A stretch of DNA of 64,000 nucleotides from Antedon mediterranea (lineage: Eukaryota; Animalia; Echinodermata), in contig NC_092672.1 of NCBI RefSeq assembly GCF_964355755.1, positions 6,820,001 through 6,884,000 of the forward strand. Reading direction: 5' to 3'. Numbering within the stretch: position 1 is the first letter of the stretch; each line of letters starts with the position of its first letter. The translations under genes and the position numbers were made by a program. Shown here in pieces: positions 28,101 to 41,368 of this stretch. Under the pieces are notes generated by a model, which was given only the letters and a program-made list of their open reading frames with translations, was not told the DNA's origin and ran no database searches.

Positions 28101-28850
28101 CATTAGCGAATCGTTAAATTGATCTATAATCCTTTACATTATGGGAATTACTTTCAGAGTCTCTAGACACGTAAACAAGTAAACATCTTTAAATATCTCG
28201 TTGTGTTGTCATGGTTACATTACACAAAATCACAAATATTGCCCTTTTTTTTAACAATAATAATATGTCAATCATGCAAATGAACTGACATTTGATAATT
28301 TTCAAGATCAAATCAAAATAAAAACTTTCTTACGATTTCAATCACTTGTGATACAAGCAGTCGTATCGTGACCGTAACATTGTGTGTATGATCTCGGACT
28401 GGTCTCGTTGACGGCTCTATATATTTATCCAGTAAGTCCCGTATCAATTGCGACTCTGTATTCGTAGCTAATGATTGTTTAACTGTAAATAAACACAATT
28501 TGAAACAATGAAAAGGTAAATGTATTTATACTGTATAAGGATCTTTTCCACGCCGCCTTATCCTTTCTGAATTGTTGAGGTATGGATGTATGAATGATTC
28601 ATTGAACGAACGAATAAGTGAGTGAGGGAAAGAGTAAAGGTCCCTATTTAATTTCAGCGGCGGGTAGTCGAACAAACAAAACAGATTGAAAACACATAGA
28701 GGACTGCAATAATGAAACAGATATGTAATATATAATAATAATAAATATAAAATAGCTTATTAAGGAAGAAAAAAATAATTGGAGAGAAAAATATTTACCT
28801 GGATAAAGTAAATACAATATAACGAGCATCAGTAGTTGGAATAAATTCAT
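25159..28850 (-). CDS. nAChR alpha-type subunit (alpha9/alpha10-like), gene 3, complete, ~473 aa
   Basis: Exons 28850-28799, 28482-28334, 27630-27586, 27140-27031 (ends DVTLHN), 26469-25928, 25682-25159. Close paralog of gene 2 with intact frame and splice sites. Confidence 0.92.
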
Positions 28851-30890
28851 TCTAACGACAAGTACAGAACCTGACAAATAGTAAAAATTAGATTTGATAA
28901 CTTTTTCCAATACAAATTGTACACACCATAATCCTAACTTGGGTTTCTATGTATGAATGCGAACACAAAGATAATTTTAAAGAAATACTAAAATCTCATT
29001 TTGCCAAATGTCAATATCTCGCGGTTTATTTGATAAAAATACCTTTAAATAAGTTAAAGCCTACAGAGAAAAATAAAAATAAAACATACTTACTATTTGA
29101 AAAGTTTCAGTTACAAAGCAAAACAATGAACAGTATCTGCGACACTATCAATTTAATAAACACTTTAAAAATTCAAATGATGCATTGAATGAAGTCTGCT
29201 CCCTTTTTTTTATCATTATTAATTTGTAAACGTTGAGGGGGTAAATAAATAGGTACCTACTAGGCCTATAATACACACGTCTTTAATATTTTGACATTAA
29301 TTTAGATGGCTACGCCTGACCAGCAATTAGTGATATTGAGGTTGTATAGTCTAGGTTCGAAAACGGCGATTCGACTTTAACATTGGTAAAAGGATAAATA
29401 TTGTTGGCACACATGGCGTGTTATATGTATACTTGAGCTGGAACATCTGATAGTTTCGGTTTTGTACAAAATATTCAAACCGTGTTGATTCGCTAGGTGG
29501 CGCTCGTAAAAGAATTCTAGTACTGTATAACAACCAAGAGAGACTGAGACAAATAATACTTAGAAATATTTCTTGTTTTTAACTACGTACGGAGTGAACT
29601 TAAGTACAATTATATAATCATAACCAAATATTACCTCTATAAATCAGAGATATCTGAGCATAATGTAGGCCTACCACAAATGAAATAACAGTGGTACGAG
29701 TCCTCCCACCCCGATCCAAAATTGAGGAATCTTCTACACCTTCAACATCTTTAACAATGTTATATGTTTCAATCAGGTAAGGTAAAAAAATGTAATTATT
29801 TGAGTTAGGCATAAACACATTATATACGTAAGGACATTTAATTGTAATCGTACCAAATAAGAAAATAAAATACTGAGTAAGAAAGCCATTCACTTTCGTT
29901 ATCAGTAATATTATAATAGCACTATATTATTATTATTATTTTTATTATAATCAAAATACAATGTTCAAATTCTAGTAATTATCTAATATCAAATCTGGAA
30001 AGAGTGTAAGATCAAATGAATGCTTCAAATTTGGTAAAAATATTTTGAATTAAAAGTTTGCATACGTGAATACATAACATAAATGAAACAGTTGTTACGC
30101 GATAAAGTATAGAGGGCACAATACATTACCAGATAATGAAGATAAAAACTCGACTTGATTTGGGTTATAACCCCATTAAAGAATTCTGGTAAAAATTGCG
30201 AAGTTTAGTGTTACGAACATCTACGCATGCTCACAAAATCACAATGCTATGCTTTTACAGATTTGATATAACTGTTTAATGTGGGAGCATTTTTAACGAA
30301 ATTTCACACTAAATAAATATATAAATATAAATATATACCAGTTAATACGTCTAGTTCTAGGAGAAAAAACCCCATTTATGATCACCAATTCCGCAACGAG
30401 TAGACTACTATAAGAAGATAGACATGTAAGGGATAAAGTGAAGTAAAATAAAGTGGATATTTTTCTATGTGTAGGCATATTTGTAACAGTAGGATTTATC
30501 ATACATAATTAAAACATTTTATAATAATATAATAAGTACAGGTGAGTCCAGTATTTATTCTGAACGTAGGAAATCGTAAATTTTTCTTCTCAGAATGTGG
30601 TAAGCTGGCCAGTTCTTTTTCCTGTTTTTCGACTAGGTAGGCCTACTCATTTACAGCAATGGGCAGCTGAAACCGGGTATTTCTGTATACTATCCTAACA
30701 ACTCGAATACCCAACTCCTTTATATTATTATTATTATTCTCTTCAAATACCATAAGTTTTTATTGCTAGAAATTTTTATATAGCGAAAGTGTGAAAAGAA
30801 CGATCTTTTCCTATAAAACTACCGTTTATTGATTACTAAGCCTGCTGTAAATGTGTTTTGTAGACATGCAGATATCGCAAATTTAATAAA

Positions 30891-32437
30891 CTAGATGGCA
30901 CGCTCGCTTCGCTCGCGTACCATCTAGGTCGTGCCCACAGATGGTTCTCGAATACACAGTATTTCCAGCGAGAAAAAAATGGAGATTTCAAATGTACGTA
31001 CCGCAGGACTATAATACATTGTCGTTTACAGAAACGAATAAATATACACAATGATTTATGTAGTCAACCAAAATTAGCACCCTGGGAATTACTTCCGAGA
31101 GAGAAACAAATTTTTTTATTCGGACTCATTTAAACAAACCCAATTTGTGTTTTGTATGTAACATTAAGGGTTGAGGGATGGGGAAAGAAGATAGGTACAA
31201 AGAGGAAACATTTTAAAATATATTCTTATCCACTCAGTAACGAAATATTGTTTTTAATGTTTTATAGGCCTATAAATAATATACCACTAAATACAGTAAA
31301 ACATTTACGATTTAATACGGTACTTTGTTAAAACTCTCACTGTCATAGTCGATTGAAATAGTAAAGTACATGTAACGATACACCACTACGACGTTTATAT
31401 ATTTTTAAATTATTAATTAATACAAACGTTGAGAAGCAACTGTCAGTAATAACGTTTATTTATTTGTATATTATATGTTTATAATCTAACAGTAGGGCCT
31501 ACCCACACTCACAGTAATAAAGTTTATTTGTATATATTTTATATTACATCTAACAGTACCAACACTCACAGTAAGAAATTTGCGATTCAAATTGCGATCA
31601 AAAGTGGTTAATACCTTAACAGTATTGTACAGCATTGCAGTACTATTTATGTTTATTCTCCAAGGGGGCCCATAAATCTAAATCTATACCTCTATGGTTG
31701 AACCAAATAATTTGGAATGTTTATTTGTATATTATATGTTTATAATCTAACAGTAGGGCCTACCCACACTCACAGTAATAAAGTTTATTTGTATATATTT
31801 TTATATTACATCTAACAGTACCAACACTCACAGTAAGACATTTGCGATTCAAATTGCGATCAAAAGTGGTTAATACCTTAACAGTATTGTACAGCATTGC
31901 AATACTATTTATGTTTATTCTCCAAGGAGGCCCATAAATCTAAATCTATACCTGTATGGTTAAACCAAATAATTTGGAATGTTCCATTCATCACAAATCA
32001 ATACATTTGTAAAAACGTATATTAAATGTATCAAAATAGTATTTTTTAAAGAAAATCGGCCTGTCTTCAACATTATGATGCTGTACTCGAACTGTTCAAC
32101 CGGTTTTCAGCTATTAAAAACAATTATCGTAGGAGGAGATAGAAAAATGCGAAGCCTCCTCGCATTTTTGTGGCGGGTATTTTTCAAGATGGACATCCAT
32201 TAGACAGTGTATACCACGATCGGAAAACACCCCTATTTGGGGCAAATCTTTGAACCTAAATTAGTTTTAATCGTCAATAACTAATTATCTAACTTAATTT
32301 AATTAGTAAACAGGGTTACATCAGGTGGTTAAAATCAGTACCGAAAGTACGAACCAACTTTACATACCATCGAGTAAAAATTCTAAAAGTAAGGCGCGAT
32401 TTACCGAATTTTGCCCTTACGTAAATTTATATATAGA
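30891..32437 (-). mobile_element. Non-autonomous Helitron-like element downstream of gene 4
   Basis: Absent from the paralogous sites (~18760 and ~38505 read TAATAAAGCC). On the minus strand it starts TCTATATATAAA and ends CTAG, with a terminal hairpin (CTAGATGGCACGC...GCGTACCATCTAG) and no clear TSD. It contains an internal ~261-bp direct duplication (~31460-31980). Confidence 0.75.
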
Positions 32438-32790
32438 AGCCTTCGCTTTTTTTTTCGGAATAAGGAGACCTTCAATTTCTGTGTAATTCCTGGGATTTTG
32501 TCTCTTTATTATTTATATTTAAATATTTACTTTGTTACCTTAAAAAGAGAAAAAGAAATACATTTTATTTTAAATTGAATACTATTATTAGGGCTGACTG
32601 ACATTATTTTTATGTTATACAGTTGAGCCCCTATTAAGAGACCCAACAAAGTTCCCTTTATAGAGGTGTCCACTGAATAGGGTTGTTCTTAGATTAATTT
32701 ACTATTGGTAATCCTTAGTCACATGTGCCTAAAGACATCGAATAAAATATATATAAAAGTGTGATGAGATTGTTTTTGCAAAAGACTCAA

Positions 32791-35700
32791 TTATTTTCCA
32801 GATATTATAAGTAATGTTACTGTGATTGTTACTATAACAACAACGATAAACAACACGATAAAGAGTAACCTGTCAACAAGTATGGCAACATTTCGCCAAT
32901 TCTCTTTTTTGGAATTATTCAGTTCTTCTTTCTTATATTCATTCGAATGCAACCGCAGTTCATTCAATATCAGTTTTAATTCTTCTGGCGTCGAGTTAAT
33001 TGCCGGGTCACTGATATACTTTATTCGTTCATCAAACTGTGTGATACTGATAGACCTACCAGAGTAAACAGAAGCATCTGAATTAGAGTATGCCGTGTTT
33101 TCATTTCCGGTATCCATTTCCTTTTGGAAAATGTGTTCATTATAATAATATGCACTCGTCTTTCTACCAATTGCTTTTCCAACTTTTCCAAAAAGTATAC
33201 TAGCTAGCCATTTTGGAATATCTTCAGGCTGATTGCGGTTATAGATGTTGAGCAAAACTGCACTACAGACATGTACAATGCTAATACAACTCATACAAGT
33301 AAGCATTGTAAAGTATATCTCTGAAATAGTAAACAAAACAAATATTTAAGTTAGTCTAAACTGTTTTAGACTCCCTGATCTAGTTTCTTAAATTGTTATG
33401 CAAAATGATAATCGTCATCGTCATTGTCCTTCGTTTGGTGCACGATTCATTGTCTCCAATGGGAATGTCCGCTTAACATGATGTTTCCTGAATAATGGTG
33501 TCATAAAAGAAGGTTTTTTTAAATCTCACCAATAAGTAAACATATTAATTACGAAAAAAACTTACGGAGTATCGGTGTACTGTCGGCAGATGGTGGCAAA
33601 GCGTCGGATATCATTTGTTGGAATAAAAGAATTGACAGTAGGGTACTGACACCAAACGACATCTTCTCTCCACTTTCCGGTGGCAGCAAGAACACAAACA
33701 TTGTCAAAATAGACAAGAGACAGCAAGGTAGAAGAATTATCTCGACAAAGAACCTCTCACGCCTTTTCAGAATAATTGTGAAAACAACTTTTGAGAAAGG
33801 TTCAGGACAACAATTGTATTTTTCTGGTATGTACTGAACACTGACGTCTTTCAGACTCCATGCACCGTTTGGATTAAACTCTGTTTGTTGGCTTTCACTT
33901 CCAGTCTCCGGGATTAGGTCCTGTTGTTTGGCATGGTAATTCCAATGCTCAAATTCTAAGGCACATTTCTGCTCATCAGACGGGAAATATTTTAAATACA
34001 TCTTGCAGAAGCTCTTTACTATCATAGGTGTGCCTAAATGAACCGTACCATCGTTATTTACTCTTAGATGAAGCGACTTCTTTATTTGTTCAAATTCGCC
34101 ATCAACGCTACAATACAAAACAGAAATCCTATTACTTAATGTATAGGCTACTTTTAATTACAATGAAAAGGCACTTAATTTAAGATAAAACACGAATTAA
34201 GTAATGTATAAGTCTCAAATTTTTATCAAAAATATTTAAAATTGGTTTTCGCTCAAATTCATATCAAAATTTTTTATCTAAATTTTCAATTTTTGTACAA
34301 TTCCGACTAATATTTACTGACTGCTTATTCAGACTGAATTTTGAATATATTTTAATGATTAGAAAATAGATAATATTTTATTTACTGCGCTAACATAAAA
34401 CGTTAAACTTCGTTTTAAGTTATGGGAGTCTATCAATATTACATTTGTGCCAGATTTTCAATGTTACACAAAGCAAAGTTGTAGGAGTCTAGTCAACAAC
34501 CAAATTAAGTGTATTTCTTGTAACTCATATTCATAAATTAACACACATTAAGGCCTACTTGAAATATACTTAATGCTGTTTTTCATTAAAAAAACCCCAA
34601 CGAACTAAATAATATTATTGTAATTAGACAGATATATATAATTAATTACTGTACGTAGGCCTACTTGTTATGCAATGTAACATCCGGGAGCCATAATGCT
34701 GACTGTTCTACGAAAATCTCGGTAATATTGTTGTAATCATTCGGATCCCATACCATAAACTCGTCTTTCCAAAGCTTAACAAAAATATAATTAAGTCCTA
34801 TATATACAGTTGACAGTTTTAGAGAAACCATATACTAGAATTCATATAGAATAAACACATGCGAGTTCTCGTGTAATATATACACGGCAGATCAACATTT
34901 ATTTTTTGTACTCAAAGTATTTTTCTCTTTAAAATAGATTTCAATTCCAAACTAGACACTAATCATTTACCATTGTGTAAGGTTTATACAATATACAATC
35001 CAGTTCATTGTTTGTACAATGGGAATTTAATATATAGTTATATCAAACGAGATCTCATTTGCTAAAAAAATTTTGTATTGAATTTGAATATTTTAATATA
35101 TCGACATAGAATTCAATAATAACATATAGTGTATAACGCTCGTTGAGTTTGTTTTAATTTCTGAAATGACTGCCTTGCTCCTGCCTTTTATGAATAAATA
35201 CATACCATTTTAAACCATCCGCTAACTGTGATTTCTTGTCTTTTTTCGTTCTAAAAATTACAATCAATAGAAATTTACGACTTCCATTAGCATTATTACA
35301 AAATAACCTAACATTTATTAAGTGATGTGTCAGGTTTGACGTTTAATGAAAAACAGAACATGGTATAATGGTTGTAAATGCTAATATGAGGCGTAGCTGT
35401 ATTGGGTAATCACATTTTTTATTGGTTATTTTAGTGGAAAAAATCTTTTATATAGGCCTACAACAAAAAGCAGTGGCAAGTAATTAACGAGGGGATCAGA
35501 AATTAACATTTTGTATTGGTTATTTGAAACCAGTAGCGGAGAAAAATCATGTATAGAAACAACAAAAATCAGTGGAAAAAAATAGGGGATAGCTGACAGG
35601 GGAGGGGCTGTCAAAAATTATGACTGTACTATGTTTGTAAAACTTCAATAACCATTATATTACCATAACCATTGTACTGTTTCAGGGCTTTGATATAATA

Positions 35701-36471
35701 GTACATGTTTACTATTAAACATTAGTGAATCGTTAAATTGATCTATAATCCTTTACATTATGGGAATTACTTTCAGAGTCTCTAGACACGTAAACAAGTA
35801 AACATCTTTATATATCTCGTTGTCTTGTCATGGTTACATTACACAAAATCACAAATATTGCCCATTTTTTTTTAAACAATAATAATATGTCAATCATGCA
35901 AATGAACTGACATTTGATATTGTTCTAGATCAAATCAAAATAAAAACTTTCTTACGATTTCAATCACTTGTGATACAAGCAGTCGTATCGTTACCGTAAC
36001 ATTGTGTGTATGATCTCGGACTGGTCTCGTTGACGGCTCTATATATTTATCCAGTAAGTCCCGTATCAATTGCGACTCTGTATTCGTAGCTAATGATTGT
36101 TTAACTGTAAATAAACACAATTTGAAACAATGAAAAGGTAAATGTATTTATACTGTATAAGGATCTTTTCCACGCCGCCTTATCCTTTCTGAATTGTTGA
36201 GGTATGGATGTATGAATGAATCATTGAACGAACGAATAAGTGAGTGAGGGAAAGAGTAAAGGTCCCTATTTAATTGCAGCGGCGGGTAGTCGAACAAACA
36301 AAACAGATTGAAAACACATAGATGACTGCAATAATGAAACAGATATGTAATATATAATAATAACAAATATGAAATAGCTTATTAAGGAAGAAAAAAATAA
36401 TTGGAGAGAAAATATTTACCTGGATAAAGTAAATACAATATAACGAGCATCAGTAGTTGGAATAAATTCAT
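32791..36471 (-). CDS. nAChR alpha-type subunit (alpha9/alpha10-like), gene 4, open frame ~475 aa, possibly impaired
   Basis: Exons 36471-36420, 36104-35956, 35250-35206, 34774-34665, 34107-33566, 33320-32791. The frame is intact, but Cys-loop FPFD is FPSD and M3 has a 2-aa insertion (SIVHVCS). Confidence 0.88.
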
Positions 36472-39400
36472 TCTAACGACAAGTACAGGACCTGACAAAT
36501 AGTAAAAATTAGATTTGATAACTTTTTCCAATACAAATTGTACACACCATAATCCTAACTTGGGTTTCTATGTATGAATTGCGACCACAAAGATAATTTT
36601 GAAGAAATACTAAAATCTCATTTTGCCAAATGTCAATATCTCGCTGTTTGTTTCATAAGATAAAAATACCTTTAAATAAGTTAAAGCCTACAGAGAAAAT
36701 TACCTTGTAACAAAAAATAAAACATACTTACTATTTGAAAAGTTTCAGATACAAAGCAAAACAATGAACAGTATCTGCGACACTATCAATTTAATAAACA
36801 CTTTAAAAATTCAAATGATGCATTGAATGAAGTCTGCTCCCTTTTTTTATCATTATTAATTTGTAAACGTTGAGGGGGTAAATAAATAGGTACCTACTAG
36901 GCCTATAATACACACGTCTTTAATATTTTGACATTAATTTAGATGTCTACGCCTGACCAGCAATTAGTGATATTGAGGTTGTATAGTCTAGGTTCGAAAA
37001 CGGCGATTCGACTTTAACATTGGTAAAAGGATAAATATTGTTGGCACACATGGCGTGTTATATGTATACTTGAGCTGGAACATCTGATAGTTTCGGTTTC
37101 GTACAATATATTCAAACCGTGTTGATTCGCTAGGTGGCGCTCGTAAAAGAATTCTAGTACTGTATAACAACCAAGAGAGACTGAGACAAATAATATTTCT
37201 TGTTTTTAACTACGTACGGAGTGAACTTAAGTAGAATTATATAATCATAACCAAATATTACCTCTATAAATCAGAGATATCTGAGCATAATGTAGGCCTA
37301 CCACAAATGAAATAACAGTGGTACGAGTCCTCCCACCCCGATCCAAAATTGAGGAATCTTCTACACCTTCAACATCTTTAACAATGTTATATGTTTCAAT
37401 CAGGTAAGGTAAAAAATGTAATTATTTGAGTTAGGCATAAACACATTATATACGTAAGGACATTTAATTGTAATCGTACCAAATAAGAAAATATAATACT
37501 GAGTAAGAAAGCCATTCACTTTCGTTATCAGTAATATTATAATAGCACTATATTATTATTATTATTTTTATTATAATCAAAATACAATGTTCAAATTCTA
37601 GTAATTATCTAATATCAAATCTGGAAAGAGTGTAAGATCAAATGAATGCTTCAAATTTGGTAAAAATATTTTGAATTAAAAGTTTGCATACGTGAATACA
37701 TAACATAAATGAAACAGTTGTTACGCGATAAAGTATAGAGGGCACAATACATTACCAGATAATGAAGATAAAAACTCGACTTGATTTGAGTTATAATCCC
37801 ATTAAAAAATTCTGGTAAAAATTGCGAAGTTTAGTGTTACGAACATCTACGCATGCTCACAAAATCACAATGCTATGTTTTTACAGATTTGATATAACTG
37901 TTTAATGTGGGAGCATTTTTAACGAAATTTCACACTAAATAAAAATATAAATATAAATATATACAGTTAATACGTCTAGTTCTAGGAGAAAAAACCCCAT
38001 TTATGATCACCAATTCCGCAACGAGTAGACTACTATAAGAAGATAGAAATTTAAGGGATAAAGTGAAGTAAAATAAAGTGGATATTTTTCTATGTGTAGG
38101 CCTATTTGTAACAGTAGGATTTATCATACATAATTAAAACATTTTATAATAATATAATAAGTACAGGTGAGTCCAGTATTTATTCTGAACGTAGGAAATC
38201 GTTAATTTTTCTTCTCGGTATGTGGTAAGCTGGCCAGTTCTTTCTCCTGTTTTTCGACTAGGTACTCATTTACAGCAATAGGCAGCTGAAACCGGGTATT
38301 TCTGTATACTATCCTAACAACTGGAATATCCAACTCCTTTATATTATTTTTATTCTCTTCAAATAACATCTTTTTTTTTTGGCTAGAAATTTCTATATAG
38401 CGAAAGTGTGAAAAGAACGATCTTTTCCTATAAAACTACCGTTTATTGATTACTAAGCCTGCTGTAAATGTGTTTTGTAGACATGCAGATATCGCAAATT
38501 TAATAAAGCCTTCGCTTTTTTATGGAATAAGGAGACCTTCAATTTCTGTGTAATTCCTGGGATTTTGTCTCTTTATTATTAATATTTAAATATTTACTTT
38601 GTTACATTAAAAAGTGAAAAAGAAATACATTTTATTTTAAATTGAATACTATTATTAGGGCTGACTGAAATTATTTTTATGTTATACAGTTGAGCCCCTA
38701 TTAAGAGACCCAACAAAGTTCCCTTTATAGAGGTGTCCACTGAATAGGATTATTCTTAGATTAATTTACTATTGGTAATCCTTGGTCACATGTGCCTAAA
38801 GACATAGAATAAAATATATATAAAAGTGTGATGAGATTGTTTTTTCAAAGACTCAATTATTTTCCAGATATTATAAGTAATATTACTGTGATTGTTACTA
38901 TAACAACAACGATAAACAACACGATAAAGAGTAACCTGTCAACAAGTATGGCAACATTCCGCCAATTCTCCTTTTTAAAATTATTAAGTTCTTCTTTCTT
39001 ATATTCATTCGAATATAGCCGCATTTCATTCAATATCAGTTTTAATTCTTCTGGCGTCGAGCTAATTGCCGGGTCACTGATATACTTTATTCGTTCATCA
39101 AACTGTGTGATACTGATAGACCTACCAGAGTAAACAGAAGCATCCGAATTAGAGTATGCCGTGTTTTCATTTCCGGTATCCATTTCCTTTTGGAAAATGT
39201 GTTCATTACAATAATATGCACTTGTCTTTCTACCAATTGCTTTTCCAACTTTACCAAAAAGTATACTAGCTAGCCATTTTGGAATATCTTCAGGCTGATT
39301 GCGGTTATAGATGTTGAGCAAAACTGCACTACAGACAATGCTAATACAACTCATAGAAGTAAGCATTGTAAAGTATATCTCTGAAATAGTAAACAAAACA

Positions 39401-40932
39401 AATATTTAAGTTAGTATAAACTGTTTTAGACTCTCTGATCTAGTTTCTTAGAGTGTTATGCAAAATAATAATTGTCATCGTCATTGTCCCTCATTTGTGC
39501 AACAAATAATGTTGTCTTAAAGAAAGTTTTTTTTAAACTCACCAATAAGTAAACATATTAATTACGAAAATAACCGTACGGAGTATCGGTGTACTGTCGG
39601 CAGATGGTGGCAAAGCGTCGGATATCATTTGTTGGAATAAAAGAATTGACAGTAGAGTACTGACACCAAACGACATCTTCTCTCCACTTTCCGGTGGCAA
39701 CACGAACACAAACAGACAGCAAGGTAGAAGAATTATCTCGACAAAGAACCTCTCACGCCTTTTCAGAGTAATTGTAAAAACAACTTTTGAGAAAGGTTCA
39801 GGACAGCAATTGAATTGTTCTGGTATGTACTGAACACTGACGTCTTTCAGACTCCATGCACCGTTTGGATTAAACTCAGTTTGTTGGCTTTCACTACCAG
39901 TCTCTGGGATTAGATCCTGTTGTTTGGTATGGTAATTCTAAGGCGCAAATTCTAAGGCACATTTCTGCTCATCAAACGGGAAATATTTTAAATACATCTT
40001 GCAGAAGCTTTTTACTATCATAGGTGTGCCTAAATGAACCATACCTATTTACCCTCAGATGAAGCGACCTCTTAATTTGTTCAAATTCACCATCAACGCT
40101 GCAATACAAATGTTTAATATACAGTCTTATTACTTAATGTATAGGCTACTTTTATTAAAGAAAACGAACTTGATTTAACACGAATTAAGTAATGTATGAG
40201 TCTCAAACTTCGGAATTAATTAAAATTAATTTGCGTTCCAATTCATATCAAACTTTTTAAAATTAGATTTTCAGTTTTTGTACAATTCCGACTTATATTC
40301 ACTTACTGATAATTCAGACTGAATTTCGATTTTTTTTTTTATTATAGCAATGGTTAGAAAATCGATAATGTTTTATTTACTGCGCTAACATCAATCAAAT
40401 TGTAGAGGTCTATTGTTACCGTACATTTGTGCCAGATGTTCAATGTTTCACAAAGCAAAGTTTTAGGAGTCTAGTCAACAACCAAATGAAGTGTATTTCT
40501 TGTCTCATATTCATAAATTAAAACCCATTAAGGCCTTCTTGAAATGTGCTTCATGCTGTTTTTCATAAAAAAGAAACCCAACAAACTATTATTATTATTT
40601 TTGTAATTAGACAGATTTATATAATTAATTACGTAGGCCTACTTGTTATACAATGTTACATCCGGGAGTCATAACGCTGACTGTTCCACGAAAATCTCGG
40701 TAATGTTGTTGTCATCATTCGGATCCCATACCATAAACTCGTCTTTCCAAAGCTTAAAAAATATATAATTGGGTTCTATATTACATACATTTGTAAGACA
40801 AGGGGATGTAATGTCTCCTCTATTATACAATGTATATGTTGACACTTTTAGTACGTCTCTTTGATATACTGAAATTTAATTAATTAATTTGAAACGATAA
40901 AGATGAGGAAATCTGTGAGAATGAGAAAAAGT

Positions 40933-41004
40933 TGCCCCAACCGAGACTCGAACTCGGACCGCCTGCTTGATATGCAGATGTCCTAACCATTAGACCACCG
41001 GGGC
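40933..41004 (-). tRNA. tRNA-Asp(ATC)-like sequence, repeat-borne (probable pseudo-tRNA), copy 1
   Basis: 72-nt cloverleaf GCCCCGG-TGGTCTAATGGTTAGGAC-A-TCTGC-ATATCAA-GCAGG-CGGT-CCGAG-TTCGAGT-CTCGG-TTGGGGC-A with A and B boxes, followed after 2 nt by TTTTT. Confidence 0.6.
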
Positions 41005-41296
41005 TTTCATGGTATTGTTCGAACTCGATTGGATAGCGACTCTTTAACATTCTCGGCGTGGTACGGCGGAACAGCACTAGTCCTCAGTTGTACGCACGCG
41101 CACCAGAGATCAAATTGATACGCCCTCATCTTACAGTATTTTTATTCACGAGGCGGGATCTCAGAAGAGATACTTTTATATATATAAACAAATTAGGCAC
41201 AGAACATTAATTCTAAACCGCCCAGTGATATACTGAAATTTAATTAATTAATTTGAAACGATAAAGATGAGGAAATCTGTGAGAATGAGAAAAAGT

Positions 41297-41368
41297 TGCC
41301 CCAACCGAGACTCGAACTCGGACCGCCTGCTTGATATGCAGATGTCCTAAGCATTAGACCACTGGGGC
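41297..41368 (-). tRNA. tRNA-Asp(ATC)-like sequence, copy 2
   Basis: Same sequence 364 bp away with two substitutions (D-loop GG>GC; acceptor stem G>A). Confidence 0.5.

Noticed and set aside
24262-37605. Units carrying genes 3 and 4 as a haplotype-duplication assembly artefact
   Set aside because: Not favoured, because there are four distinct units with private insertions, deletions and substitutions. It cannot be fully excluded without read depth or long reads.
40933-41368. Bona fide housekeeping tRNA-Asp genes
   Set aside because: The non-standard ATC anticodon, A at position 32, two G-U pairs in the acceptor stem of copy 1 and location in a copy-specific insertion point to repeat-borne pseudo-tRNAs.
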